Below are positions 48,972 to 59,197 of a stretch of DNA of 64,000 nucleotides, piece after piece (positions within the stretch are counted from its first letter, which is position 1; every line of letters begins with the position of its first letter). The notes under the pieces were generated by a model, which worked only from the letters and a program-made list of their open reading frames with translations, was not told where the DNA came from and ran no database searches. Made by a program: the position numbers and the translations under genes. The DNA comes from Candidatus Nezhaarchaeales archaeon (GTDB lineage Archaea; Thermoproteota; Methanomethylicia; Nezhaarchaeales; WYZ-LMO8), in assembly GCA_038887515.1 (NCBI GenBank), contig JAWAKK010000001.1, positions 512,001 through 576,000 of the forward strand. Direction: 5' to 3'.

Positions 48972-50108
48972 TCAAGATTCCGAACCTTTAGCTTCTTTAG
49001 CCTTTATGTCGAAGCTCTCAAGCTTCTCTTTAAGCCTTTTGAGGTTAGACGCTAAATCCTTAAAGATGAATGCTAAGTTATTGGAGCCAGCCGTCGCTTC
49101 AGGAACCGATGGACCTAGTAAGCTTACGAGTTCGTTAACGTCTTCATGCGTGGTTTGAGGCACATTGACTTCTTCTAGTGTTTGTTCTTTATGCTTCTCT
49201 TCTTTGATCTCAATGATATCAATGAGGTCCTCTTTAAGCGCAGTACTTACCCTCGGCTCAGGCTGCTTCGGTTGAGAGGTAGGTTCTTCGACTGACGGAG
49301 GTATGGAGGGGCCAGCTATTTTGCTTCTACCAGCCTCTAATGACTCTAAGTTTTTTTCTCCAATTCTTTTAGGTTCCTCCAACTTATTCTCCCTATGTTT
49401 TGATCTTTCGCTTTCATGCGTTACTTCAATTTCTACGTCTTTTCCTTCCACATCTTTCAAAGATATCTTCGATATGGGAAGGTTCTTTGCATTAACTGGA
49501 GACCATTTATCATTTCTTTCACTCACTTGCTTCTTCGACTCGCCTATCTCATCGACTTCGGTTTGCGCATGCTCCTGAGAACCTCTAAGCTCTTCCACTT
49601 TTTCAGGCTCATTATGGGTTGTAGGGGTACTATATTCTTTTTGTAACTGTTGCGATTGACCTTGTAGCTCGTCGGTCTTTAAGGGTTGTCCTGCCTCGAC
49701 ATCTAGCTTTTTAGTCTCCATTGCCTCGGATGGTCCTTGGGAGCTCTCGGTAGTCGTACTTGGTTGAGCCTTGCTTTGGAGAGATCTTGGTTGTTCCGCA
49801 ATTTGGCTGACTTCCACTGAAGGTTGCTCCTTCACCTCAAGGACGTGAGGAGCCCTCTTTCCAAAGATGTGCTTTGATTTCCGTCGCAAATCTCTCCCAC
49901 CGAATCCTAAAGTCCCGACTTTAATTGATCGCCGTTGAGCTACCTTCGGCGCGTAAAGTCCCACTCTAGCGAACTTTAGGAGCATGTAGATGGCGCTGAA
50001 TGATACGATTATCATAGTGGCTACGAGCACTAACGGTAAAAGTAGCATTGCCACTTCATTTAAGCTACGAATTATAGATATCGGATCCATAAGGTATCCC
50101 CTACCCAC
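48972..50108 (-). CDS. single-pass membrane protein with long Q/E/S/P-rich linker and C-terminal coiled coil (last gene of archaellum operon)
   Basis: N-terminal TM, low-complexity middle, FKDLASNLKRLKEKLE; overlaps arlJ stop. Confidence 0.7.
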   Translation of the reverse strand: MGRGYLMDPISIIRSLNEVAMLLLPLVLVATMIIVSFSAIYMLLKFARVGLYAPKVAQRRSIKVGTLGFGGRDLRRKSKHIFGKRAPHVLEVKEQPSVEVSQIAEQPRSLQSKAQPSTTTESSQGPSEAMETKKLDVEAGQPLKTDELQGQSQQLQKEYSTPTTHNEPEKVEELRGSQEHAQTEVDEIGESKKQVSERNDKWSPVNAKNLPISKISLKDVEGKDVEIEVTHESERSKHRENKLEEPKRIGEKNLESLEAGRSKIAGPSIPPSVEEPTSQPKQPEPRVSTALKEDLIDIIEIKEEKHKEQTLEEVNVPQTTHEDVNELVSLLGPSVPEATAGSNNLAFIFKDLASNLKRLKEKLESFDIKAKEAKGSES

Positions 50109-51621
50109 CTCCCATCATTACGTTTTGAAGGCCAACACTCTTGAGGAGACCGCCAACAAAGGTATGTACAGCAAATAAGGTAGCCCATCCGGAAGCTAGA
50201 AATAACCCAACATAAAATGTGAAGGCGAATGGAGATTGACCGTTAACGAAGTACAACATCATCGCATTGGCTATACTTATAGCTGATAATGCGACGACGA
50301 AAATGCCATGTAAGTTCGTTCCTCCAGCTATAATTAAGGGCATTGGAAGGTTCATTCTACCGAACTGGCTAATGACCTCCGAGAAGCTATTCATTATCAC
50401 AAGAACTAATCCCACTATTGCGTATAACGTCGGCTGGAGAGGCAACATTATGCCCTTTAGGAAGGCCGATATCTCCTCTATCCTCCTCCTCCCATCAAGG
50501 AGAGTTATGGCAGAGTTCGAAACTAACGAACCTACTTTGCTTATTGGCGCTCCCAGCTTCATCGACTCAATAAATATTGTTGTATGGCTAACAATGATGT
50601 CACTACAAGTCTCCTTCTGAAACAGCTTCCAACATAGAGTCTCGTCTACATCTACATCCAGCCTTGCCTTCATTCTCTTTATTACGTTGTTGAGGGGGCC
50701 GAAATCTACTTTTATGATGTCATCGATGACTCTCTTCATTGATGTGCCAAGAGTCGAAAGCCCGGCGGCAATCATCGAAATAAATTCTGGGAAGCGCTTA
50801 TCGTAGTTCTTTATCCTAGTGAGCCATCTATTGCCGAGCCATCCTACTAGGGCAGCGAGACCGCTTACAGCTACTACGATCAAAGTTGTAGTTGTAATAT
50901 CTAGGAGACCGATGGCGTTTAGGCCTATAGATGAAAGGCTAATGATTAATGAAAACATCCCTATACCTCTCGAAAGAGCCATCAGGGACTTGAGTCTCTC
51001 AAGTCTATAGTCACATGAGACTACCCGGTCTTGTGGAGAGAGCGAGTAAAAAATGTACGCCATAATGAACTGGATACCCACGATTGCCGCTATTGTACTC
51101 AAAATCATTTGTTGCGATAAGCCCCATATCATGGAAGCGAATACCATTACTGCCATTACTAGAACGGACGAAGATAGCATGGCTGAGTGCGCCTCCGATA
51201 GTCGATGTAAAGCAACCATAACTCTATCGAACCTGCTCTTGAAGGTTGATATGAAGGCGTTGTATTCTCTCGTAAAGAAGTCCTCAGCTTCTTCACCTAC
51301 TTTTATTGACTGAGAGAGCCTCAATATGAAGTCTTTAAAGAAGGAAGCTGGAACTTTTTTCGCGATAAGCTCGTAAGCTCTGTTCTGCTCGAAGCCCATG
51401 TTGATTAACGCTATTATTCTCTTGAACACCTTAGTTGCATAACCATAATTGCCTTTAATTAGCGAGCGTACCATTTCTAGGCTGGAGATCTTGGCTGTTG
51501 AGCATGCAAGGAAGTGCAACAATACCTTCGGCATCGAGTACCATATAGCTTTGTTCAGCCGAATGCCCCCAAAAGTGTTTTTAATTGAACCGTATTGAAG
51601 TAGTGTCCTTGAAGGGCTCAA
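50101..51621 (-). CDS. arlJ: archaellum platform protein ArlJ/FlaJ
   Basis: polytopic membrane protein with two T2SSF-like repeats (FFKDFILRL...GE; DFGPL...IKR); follows arlI. Confidence 0.88.
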   Translation of the reverse strand: MSPSRTLLQYGSIKNTFGGIRLNKAIWYSMPKVLLHFLACSTAKISSLEMVRSLIKGNYGYATKVFKRIIALINMGFEQNRAYELIAKKVPASFFKDFILRLSQSIKVGEEAEDFFTREYNAFISTFKSRFDRVMVALHRLSEAHSAMLSSSVLVMAVMVFASMIWGLSQQMILSTIAAIVGIQFIMAYIFYSLSPQDRVVSCDYRLERLKSLMALSRGIGMFSLIISLSSIGLNAIGLLDITTTTLIVVAVSGLAALVGWLGNRWLTRIKNYDKRFPEFISMIAAGLSTLGTSMKRVIDDIIKVDFGPLNNVIKRMKARLDVDVDETLCWKLFQKETCSDIIVSHTTIFIESMKLGAPISKVGSLVSNSAITLLDGRRRIEEISAFLKGIMLPLQPTLYAIVGLVLVIMNSFSEVISQFGRMNLPMPLIIAGGTNLHGIFVVALSAISIANAMMLYFVNGQSPFAFTFYVGLFLASGWATLFAVHTFVGGLLKSVGLQNVMMGGG

Positions 51622-51624
51622 GAC

Positions 51625-53436
51625 CTAGACCTCCCTTATCAATTTATCTATAACCTTGAACGAAGACTTCCCGTAGGCTATGTTCGCTAGTATCGGTGAT
51701 GCGTATATCTTCGATATTACCCTGTAGACGTCCCAATAGTCGAAGATGCCCTCTTCTACCATTTTCTGAAGTATGTAGGTTCTTGCCTCGAGCTCACCAT
51801 ATATTTTCCTTGCATCCTTCGCGGAGAGACCTCTCGTCGGAGCTATCTTGTATTCAAGAAGATAACTGTTACCAACACCCCTAAACGAGTGAGTATCTGT
51901 CGCTGGATCCCAAGAGAATATTTCAATAAAGTTGTAAGTCTTCTCGACAGGATCTATCCCTACGATCTCACATATCGATGTTACCCTTCTTTCCCTCTGA
52001 CCAGTTCTTGGGCTCTCTACAGCATTCTGAAAAACCACCGCGTTAAGATTATCTATGTAGGCTGGAGGTATGTTTATCGGGTCGCCCGTTATCCTCTGAA
52101 TTAGCTTCTGCATATCGGCTGCGTGAAAAGTTGCCATGACTGGATGGCCCGTCTGCATAGCTTGAAAAGCTACGTTGCCTTCTCTCCCCCTTATCTCGCC
52201 CACTATTATGTAGTTGGGTCTTTGCCTTAGAGCTGCCTTCAAAAGATCGTAGAGTTCTATAGATGACGACTCGCTTTCACCCTTCCTTGTAACTTCACTA
52301 ATCCAATTTGGATGAGGAACAACAACTTCGGGTGTATCCTCGATGGTTATTACTTTCGCCGTAGGCTTAATGAAGACCGCGAGGGCGTTGAGCGTAGTAG
52401 TCTTGCCTGAAGCAGTTTCTCCACAGACGAAGATGCTCATGCCGGCTTCAAGCAACATCCAAAGATATGCAGCCATCTGTGCGGTCATCGTTCCATACTT
52501 TATGAGCTGGGTTATGCTTAGTGGCGTTGAAGAAAACTTCCTTATAGTAAAGTTGCTACCCCTCCTGCTAACATCGACCCCATATACGACGTTTATTCTA
52601 GATCCATCGGGGAGAGAAGCGTCAACTATAGGTCTTCGAGGACTTACAGGTCTACCTATCCTTTCACACAACCTAACAATGAAGCTATTTAGGTTCTCCT
52701 GGCTTCTAAACTCGATTGTCGCTTTTAAGGATCTGAACACCTTGTGCTCCACGAATATTGGACCTAGGCCATCGCATGATATATCTTCGATGTATGGATC
52801 CTTCAAGAAGGGCTCCAAAATACCTAAACCTACCTTCTCGCGAATGAACTCGTACCTTACGTACTCATAGGCATATGAGCCTAGAGAAATTGCGTTCTTC
52901 CTGTACAAGACGGCGTTTTTAGGTGCACCTTCATCCTTCTTCACGACTTCATCGAATATCGCCATTAAGGCTTCCTGTCTTGCGGTCTCTATTTTTTCAG
53001 CGTAATTATCGTCTATCCTTAGGGCTATGAGTTCTTCAACTTTAAAAATTAGCTCTCGAACCTCCTCAGGCAACCTCGGTTCTATGGGCTGGTAAGTACC
53101 ATAAGCCTCTTGCTGGGTCTTGTAAACGTGGACAAAGATGCCGTTACCTATAGGGTAAATGTAGTTGTACTTCTTCGTCCTACCCATTTCTCTAGTCAAC
53201 TTCTCAGAGTACATCGGAACTCCAAGTAGGTTCTGGGAATCTAGGAAATCGTGTAGGTGCTTGTGTAGGTGAGGGTGCTTCTCAACGACCTTAGCGAACG
53301 AGGGCTCAAGTTGGCTTAACAGTTGGCATGGGGCCTTCTCGGAAAACACCTCTAAAGGTATCTCTGCCGGAAGCTTCTTTTCTTTCCCTTCATCTTTAGC
53401 GTTTTCATTCGACCTTGGCTTTTTTAGCTTTAGCAA
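51625..53436 (-). CDS. arlI: archaellum motor ATPase ArlI/FlaI
   Basis: DPYIEDISCDG, GETASGKTT, IEDTPE, RQRPNYIIVGEIRG.EG, MQTGH, TFHA. Confidence 0.96.
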   Translation of the reverse strand: MLKLKKPRSNENAKDEGKEKKLPAEIPLEVFSEKAPCQLLSQLEPSFAKVVEKHPHLHKHLHDFLDSQNLLGVPMYSEKLTREMGRTKKYNYIYPIGNGIFVHVYKTQQEAYGTYQPIEPRLPEEVRELIFKVEELIALRIDDNYAEKIETARQEALMAIFDEVVKKDEGAPKNAVLYRKNAISLGSYAYEYVRYEFIREKVGLGILEPFLKDPYIEDISCDGLGPIFVEHKVFRSLKATIEFRSQENLNSFIVRLCERIGRPVSPRRPIVDASLPDGSRINVVYGVDVSRRGSNFTIRKFSSTPLSITQLIKYGTMTAQMAAYLWMLLEAGMSIFVCGETASGKTTTLNALAVFIKPTAKVITIEDTPEVVVPHPNWISEVTRKGESESSSIELYDLLKAALRQRPNYIIVGEIRGREGNVAFQAMQTGHPVMATFHAADMQKLIQRITGDPINIPPAYIDNLNAVVFQNAVESPRTGQRERRVTSICEIVGIDPVEKTYNFIEIFSWDPATDTHSFRGVGNSYLLEYKIAPTRGLSAKDARKIYGELEARTYILQKMVEEGIFDYWDVYRVISKIYASPILANIAYGKSSFKVIDKLIREV

Positions 53437-53448
53437 GACGATAGCACC

Positions 53449-54159
53449 TCAAGCCTTGATGGCCGAGAATGGCAGTAGCCTAATCCCAAAGTTAGGCTCA
53501 ACCTTAAAGAAAGCCATGTTGTCGATGGCTTTCTTAGCCCCTCTAAGCTTCTTTACTTCAAGACCCCTTATGATCTCCTTACTTGGCGTCGTCTTGACCG
53601 AGAAGACTATGTGCCCATCGCATATCGACCTAATCCTTATCAAGAGGTCATTATTGAATGCAAATGGATGAAGAGTTACTACGACGACTCTCCCTCTATT
53701 GTCAACGTAATTTCTAAGCTCCGATAAGAAGCTCAACAAGTCTTCCTCCATTGCGTGAGTCGCTATGTAGGTCAAAGAATCTATTACGATTACATCAGCG
53801 CCACCCTTCTTCTTTATGAAATTAAGTACAACAAGTAGGTAATTCTTGGCTACAGCCTTATCCCAACTGATCCCCTTAACATGAAGGTGAGTTACCTTCA
53901 AGAGGCCCTTCACAAAGTAGGACTTTACAGTTAAGGCTAGGCTCTCCATCTGCTCTATTAAAGCCTTTACAGTACTCTCTGTGGTAATGTATCTAACACT
54001 ATAACCTGCACTAAGGGCCCCCCATGTCAAGTGCTGTACGAACACGCTCTTTCCAGTATCGTTTTCGCCTTCGATGAGGTTCATTGAGGGGATCGGTATC
54101 CCGCCCATTATTCTATCTAGCTCAGCATTGCGTAACGATATTACTTTCTCTTTCTCCAC
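53449..54159 (-). CDS. arlH: archaellum KaiC-like ATPase ArlH/FlaH
   Basis: GGIP, IEGENDTGKS, IDSLT, TLHP, F.VEP..G. Confidence 0.93.
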   Translation of the reverse strand: MEKEKVISLRNAELDRIMGGIPIPSMNLIEGENDTGKSVFVQHLTWGALSAGYSVRYITTESTVKALIEQMESLALTVKSYFVKGLLKVTHLHVKGISWDKAVAKNYLLVVLNFIKKKGGADVIVIDSLTYIATHAMEEDLLSFLSELRNYVDNRGRVVVVTLHPFAFNNDLLIRIRSICDGHIVFSVKTTPSKEIIRGLEVKKLRGAKKAIDNMAFFKVEPNFGIRLLPFSAIKA

Positions 54160-54169
54160 GACTCTTAAA

Positions 54170-54769
54170 CTAGAGCTCGGCGGTAGTAACTACTCCGTCG
54201 GGAAGCGCCAGCACGACGCCCAAACCAACATTGGCGCTTATCGTATCACCAATTCTAACTTCTATCTCTAGAGTTTCGCCCGGATCCCATAATCCAGAAG
54301 CCGATTCTACATGTATTGGATTGAGGATATCCCCTTCTCTATTGCTAACAAAAACTCTAGACAGTCTCCAGCTATTGGGCGACAGCAAGTCGCTATAGTT
54401 AAGCCTAACAGCTTTCTTCAGAAGGCCGTCACGGTATAGCAGTATCAGGTCGGACTTTAAGAAGTCTCTTACTCTAAGGGAGCCTTCGCCAACGTTCGTG
54501 ACGTTAAGCTTTACCAAGGTTAAGTTTTCTGAAGTATATATCAATACGTTGTCTATCCGTGGTTTTGGTCTAGGCGCAGCTAACCCCTCTATCGAGGACC
54601 ATTTCCACTCGTATGCTTGCATGCTGGTTATAACCACGCCTACTAGGAAACCGAGGGAAGAAGAGATTATCAGTATTATTATCGAGGCTGATACTAAGCC
54701 CCCGAAACCACTCACAGAAAACCCATCCTTGTTAAGGTTAAATGGAAAAGTAATACTCGTCGCTGACAC
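54170..54769 (-). CDS. arlF: archaellum stator ArlF/FlaF
   Basis: GF-start hydrophobic helix, N.G motif, LWDPGETL; true start may be the GTG of VSGFGG. Confidence 0.75.
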   Translation of the reverse strand: MSATSITFPFNLNKDGFSVSGFGGLVSASIIILIISSSLGFLVGVVITSMQAYEWKWSSIEGLAAPRPKPRIDNVLIYTSENLTLVKLNVTNVGEGSLRVRDFLKSDLILLYRDGLLKKAVRLNYSDLLSPNSWRLSRVFVSNREGDILNPIHVESASGLWDPGETLEIEVRIGDTISANVGLGVVLALPDGVVTTAEL

Positions 54770-55223
54770 CGTTGTACAATATTAGCTTAGCATAGTAATC
54801 ACCTAGAGGCAGGGGCTCCCCCCATACTACGAGTATTTCTATCGTCTCCGAGGGGTCCCAAACACCGTCACTGTCAAAGTCGCTTACCAAGTAAAACCCC
54901 CATAGAGGAGGATTCGATGCATTGTAATTTACAAGGTAGCATTCAGCGACCGGACCAAATATCAAGGTCGATTTAGTCAAAATGTTGCTATGTATAGCCC
55001 TCTGACCTATGTTCTTTACCCAAAGCTTAGCTGTAGTAGAAGAGGTATTGGTTGCATATATTATCTTTATGTTCGTAACCATCTTGTCTTTTTCAGAATC
55101 TATAGTTGCCCTGTAGATGTCGTAAAATGACGAAATATTAGAATAGAAGGCGGCTGCTAGGAAGGCGGCTATACTAGCTACCACTACAGTTAGCATGATC
55201 TCGGTAAACATCGTGTGGGGCAC
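54738..55223 (-). CDS. arlG: archaellum stator ArlG/FlaG
   Basis: N-terminal TM, IKIIYA, WVKNIG, WDP.ET, YNG. Confidence 0.8.
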   Translation of the reverse strand: MPHTMFTEIMLTVVVASIAAFLAAAFYSNISSFYDIYRATIDSEKDKMVTNIKIIYATNTSSTTAKLWVKNIGQRAIHSNILTKSTLIFGPVAECYLVNYNASNPPLWGFYLVSDFDSDGVWDPSETIEILVVWGEPLPLGDYYAKLILYNGVSDEYYFSI

Positions 55224-55227
55224 TGGC

Positions 55228-56220
55228 TTACCCCTCTTTTTGCATCCTAGATTTTAGCTTCGACGTTAAATCAAGCAAGAATAAACATTTCTTAGTTAAA
55301 GTATAGAGCGAATAAAGTTCTAATACGTCGGAGCTATCGCGCAGGTGCTTTAATACGACAAAGGAGAGTAAGCAGCTCTCTACGTCGTCAAATAGGCTTG
55401 ACGCGGATCCTCCATTATGATCATGAGATAAGCGAAGTATCATTGATACGAGCTCTTTATCGACGAGACCTAAATCTATCAAATTGCCGAGAGCCTTGAT
55501 AAGCCTCTCCTTGCCTAGCAAATTTATTAGACAATAAGAACCTAGGAGCTGGGGAAGGGAAAAGCTTCGCGCGCCCTTCTTAACGTTAACACTAAGATTA
55601 AAGCCCCTATTTTCCAACCCGTCTTGAAGGCCCTCGTCGGAGGCCTTCTGCGCGTGAGGATCTACCTTATTCAAAGAGTTTCTTAGAGCATTTAACTTCT
55701 CATCCAGTTCCTTCATCAACTCACCGACTATTTCCTCCTTCATCTTCTCTACGTTAAGAAGTTGCGGCACCTTATCTTGAAGGGCCTTAATGAAGTCTTG
55801 ACTATTTAGTAGTTCGACTAGTTGCTTCACGTCTTGGGCTGCCTCGCCTAGGGTCTTCTTAAGCTCTTCGTCGAGTATCTCCTTGACCTTTGAAGTCACG
55901 AGCTCCTTAACCTTCCCCTCAACTACAGTCTTTATTAATGCCGAAACCTTTCGATCCATGAAATCTCCAAGTTTGGCCTCAGTTATCTGTTCAGCCATGC
56001 TGAGCATGACTTCGTCTATTCCGAGTCCCTTAAGGTAATTCATGGGGTTCTCGAGCTCTGAGAGGACTGTTCTAACGTCCGTTAGCACTTGATTAGCGTC
56101 GTTAACCATGTTGTTAAGTGCTTGTTCAAGTGATGCAACTTTACCCTCGAGCTTGAAGACCTTTGTCTGGATATCCTCTTCCTCTTCTTGTACCAACTCT
56201 TCAGCTTCCTTAACGCTCAT
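55228..56220 (-). CDS. soluble coiled-coil archaellum accessory protein, ArlC/D/E-like
   Basis: no TM; N-terminal coiled coil ending SELENPMN (ArlC-like NP motif); C-terminal LINLLGKERLIKAL..LIDLGLV resembles the ArlD/E domain. Confidence 0.6.
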   Translation of the reverse strand: MSVKEAEELVQEEEEDIQTKVFKLEGKVASLEQALNNMVNDANQVLTDVRTVLSELENPMNYLKGLGIDEVMLSMAEQITEAKLGDFMDRKVSALIKTVVEGKVKELVTSKVKEILDEELKKTLGEAAQDVKQLVELLNSQDFIKALQDKVPQLLNVEKMKEEIVGELMKELDEKLNALRNSLNKVDPHAQKASDEGLQDGLENRGFNLSVNVKKGARSFSLPQLLGSYCLINLLGKERLIKALGNLIDLGLVDKELVSMILRLSHDHNGGSASSLFDDVESCLLSFVVLKHLRDSSDVLELYSLYTLTKKCLFLLDLTSKLKSRMQKEG

Positions 56221-56266
56221 AGATCATCACCGGGCACTTAAAATAAAAGAAGAGGGGGTAACGATT

Positions 56267-56920
56267 TTAGTGTAGATCTATTATCGTAGTCACGGACGCA
56301 GGTATGGTCCTCGTTATCGTTAGCGTAGCACCGATCTGAGGCTTTATCTCTACGGTGAAGCTGTCATACGGGTTGAGTATAGCATTCTCGTTTATGTTGT
56401 CCAGACGCAATAACAGTGCAAAGGTCTCGCCGGGCTCCAGTAGGTAATTGTCGTTGCCCTGAATTACAACGACCATGCACTTAACTTTCTGGTCCGAGTA
56501 GTTCCCGTTTTGGAAAGCTCCTTCGGCTTCAGAGGCCCTTGAAGCACTCCAGAAGCTAATGTCTGAGGCTTCGTATACATCGGGGACGTGCATCCTACCG
56601 TTCTGGTAGGATATAACCATCTTCTCTGGGTTAAAGTCGACTGGAGCCTGACCGGGCGCTAAGTTCAAGTATACTCTTATACCCCATACCTCTTCGCTGT
56701 TTGGATCACCATAAGCAATTACATGGCCTTGTATCTGTAGGGCTGATGATGCTTGTTGTAGGCCGGTTGTTACAACGCTTTGGGATTGCTGCGTCGTCAC
56801 CATACCTAAGTTCAGCACAGCGAAGGCAAACACTGATGCCACTATTACGAAGGATATCAGTATAATCGCTGTCTCGATGCCCGTCAGACCTTTCCTAGCT
56901 AGCCTCCTTGCCCTTATCAT
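56267..56920 (-). CDS. arlB: archaellin ArlB/FlaB
   Basis: RKG/LTGIETAIILISFVIVASVFAFAVL class III signal; LLEPGE, F.VEIKPQIGA. Confidence 0.96.
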   Translation of the reverse strand: MIRARRLARKGLTGIETAIILISFVIVASVFAFAVLNLGMVTTQQSQSVVTTGLQQASSALQIQGHVIAYGDPNSEEVWGIRVYLNLAPGQAPVDFNPEKMVISYQNGRMHVPDVYEASDISFWSASRASEAEGAFQNGNYSDQKVKCMVVVIQGNDNYLLEPGETFALLLRLDNINENAILNPYDSFTVEIKPQIGATLTITRTIPASVTTIIDLH

Positions 56921-57312
56921 GCCCGATCCGAGGTTTCTTGGCGAATCCAAGAGATTTGAGGGTGCCTTTGTTAGGCGACTGAGGGGCGATATTCCGAGGA
57001 ATAAGGAGAACCAAGAAGAGACGCGAAAGTATTTAGTTTACATTCCATTTGGAGTTGAAAGATCGCCCAACCTTCCATGCTTAAGTAGCTAAGATCGGAG
57101 CCGTAAAGTGTCATTCAAGTGGACAAACCTTCTAATGCAATAGACAAGTAATCAAGTTGGTAAACAAGGTCGCTTAAGAGTCCTTAAAGCATTAGTACCC
57201 AAAGAGTAGGGAGATTTATCTAGAAACGAAAACGTGATGGCGCGTGGATGCGAACCTCGAATTTAGGGGGTTGTTGAAGATTTATATAAAAAGATTTTTG
57301 ATGTGGTCTAGT

Positions 57313-58194
57313 CTAGAAGCTCTTCTTAAGCCGGCTCAACACTACTAATATCCCTAGCACATTGAAGAAGATTAGTGACGCTATTAGAGCAATAGGTGAT
57401 ATAAATGCAGCTATAGCTGTGACCGAAACTCCCAAGTACATTATTAAGGACAGGGTCTGCCAAAGCTCTTTTGGATGACGCGCTTTAGTTAAGGCGGAAA
57501 GTAATCTATAGAGTCTCGAAGACCTTAGCTTCGCATATTGTGGAGACCTAAGGAAGAGCCTTGAACCCTCCTCCGTAAGCGCATACATTGTTTTTGATCG
57601 TCTACAACCTAAGTTCAGTCTTTGTAGAAAGGAAGAGAGCCTCGTTGGGACTACATACTTCTTGAATAGGCGTGGGCTAGCTTCGCCAGCAAAGACGTCT
57701 AAATACGCTTGCAGTCGCTGGGGACTTAGGTTTACGATCTCTGCAAGCCTTTGCACATCGACCTTTCCTCCAGCGAGACCCATCGCCACCAGGCAGTCGA
57801 AGACGTAGTAAGACATGGTCATGTTCTTGACAGTGCTTTCAAGACCTTCAAACTTGTAGAGCTCTTGCCTCTGTAATGTAATGCTCTTAAGCCCCGTAGC
57901 TTCAAGGAGAGCGGTTAAACATTTTTCGCCGAAAGGCGAGAGCCTGTAAAGCCTTTCCCCCTCGACTTCAACTTCCTCTACGACGTCTTTAATCTTCAAT
58001 TTCCTCAAAGCGTCCGTAACCGCCTTCCTGCGTTGTCCCATCAACCTAGCCATGTCGTGGGCCGTCAGTTCCCCACGAGACGAAAGCAGAAACATTATCT
58101 CTAGCTGAATGTTAGAGCGAGATAAATCAACAACTTTATCTATAGTTTTTAACCTAGAAAGGCGCTCCATGAGACTTTGAATTTCAACAGACAT
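57313..58194 (-). CDS. arnR: ArnR-like membrane-bound archaellum transcription regulator
   Basis: N-terminal wHTH (S.IQLEI..LL...RRKAVTDALRKL..K), second wHTH-like region, two C-terminal TM helices; immediately upstream of arlB. Confidence 0.75.
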   Translation of the reverse strand: MSVEIQSLMERLSRLKTIDKVVDLSRSNIQLEIMFLLSSRGELTAHDMARLMGQRRKAVTDALRKLKIKDVVEEVEVEGERLYRLSPFGEKCLTALLEATGLKSITLQRQELYKFEGLESTVKNMTMSYYVFDCLVAMGLAGGKVDVQRLAEIVNLSPQRLQAYLDVFAGEASPRLFKKYVVPTRLSSFLQRLNLGCRRSKTMYALTEEGSRLFLRSPQYAKLRSSRLYRLLSALTKARHPKELWQTLSLIMYLGVSVTAIAAFISPIALIASLIFFNVLGILVVLSRLKKSF

Positions 58195-58433
58195 AAAACT
58201 ACACCTTTAACGTGCAAGGCGTTGCTTAGCATCTTAAATTTTTGAGTAATACAAAATAAAAAGCTTCCCACCGAAGTTGACGACAGGTAGTCGTTCCTTA
58301 CATTAACCCTATAAACAGTGTAGTTCGCTGATGATTCGAGTTAAGCTAACAAAGGATTTTAATGTCTGCAAAGAATTTTACGGCCTCACTATAGGAACCA
58401 ATGGGTCGTCATGAGGTTAAATGTTGAGGACGC

Positions 58434-59183
58434 GTGAAAAGGCTTAAAGTTTATCATTACACAAATCTTTTACTGTTACCGGGTGCAATGGTGAGCTCAA
58501 TGATTGAATTAGTTGAAAGCTATACGCATGGGCTAGACGAAGCTCTTGGCGGAGGTCTCCCTAGACCGGGGCTGACCCTAATAGTTGGTCATCCTGGCAC
58601 TGGAAAAACAACGCTTTCAGCGCAAATACTTTCGAATAGGGCTTTGAAAAATGGCGAAAAGGGAGTTTACTTTTCAGTTGTCGAGCCCGTTAAGTTGCTG
58701 ACGGCCCAGCTTTCACGGCTCGACATTGGGTTTAAAGATGCTGTGGATAGGGGGCTCATAACCGTAAGGGAAGCAATAGCTATTAGCGGTAGGGACGTTA
58801 TCGAAGTCGTAAGTAATCAAATAAACGATCTCGTGTACATGGGTTATAGGAACTTGGTGGTCGACAGCATTAGTGCATTATTGACATTTACAGCAACGGA
58901 GCATGCCCGAACACTAGTATCTCTACTGTCAAAGTACGCCGTGGAGAGCAATGCCATGGTTATAGCTATAGACGAGTTACCGCTCTTCTCTCAATCTAAG
59001 CCGATCTCCGGTTTCGAAGAATTTGTAGCTGACGTAGTCATAAGGCTGGGCCTCGTGGAGAGGGGTAATAGGTTATTAAACGTGATGAGCATCGTTAAAA
59101 ATAGGTTCGCAGAACATAGCAAGGTGATGTATGAGGTGGCTGTTACCCGAAGAGGGTTCGAGGTTATTGGAGTAATGAGATAG
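58434..59183 (+). CDS. single-domain KaiC/RAD55-family ATPase
   Basis: GHPGTGKT, LVVDS, EEFVADVV, KNR. Confidence 0.88.
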   Translation: MKRLKVYHYTNLLLLPGAMVSSMIELVESYTHGLDEALGGGLPRPGLTLIVGHPGTGKTTLSAQILSNRALKNGEKGVYFSVVEPVKLLTAQLSRLDIGFKDAVDRGLITVREAIAISGRDVIEVVSNQINDLVYMGYRNLVVDSISALLTFTATEHARTLVSLLSKYAVESNAMVIAIDELPLFSQSKPISGFEEFVADVVIRLGLVERGNRLLNVMSIVKNRFAEHSKVMYEVAVTRRGFEVIGVMR

Positions 59184-59197
59184 CTATGGGATACTAG

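Noticed and set aside
58328-58420. CTGATGA as the start of another C/D sRNA
   Set aside because: No properly spaced D box or terminal stem found.
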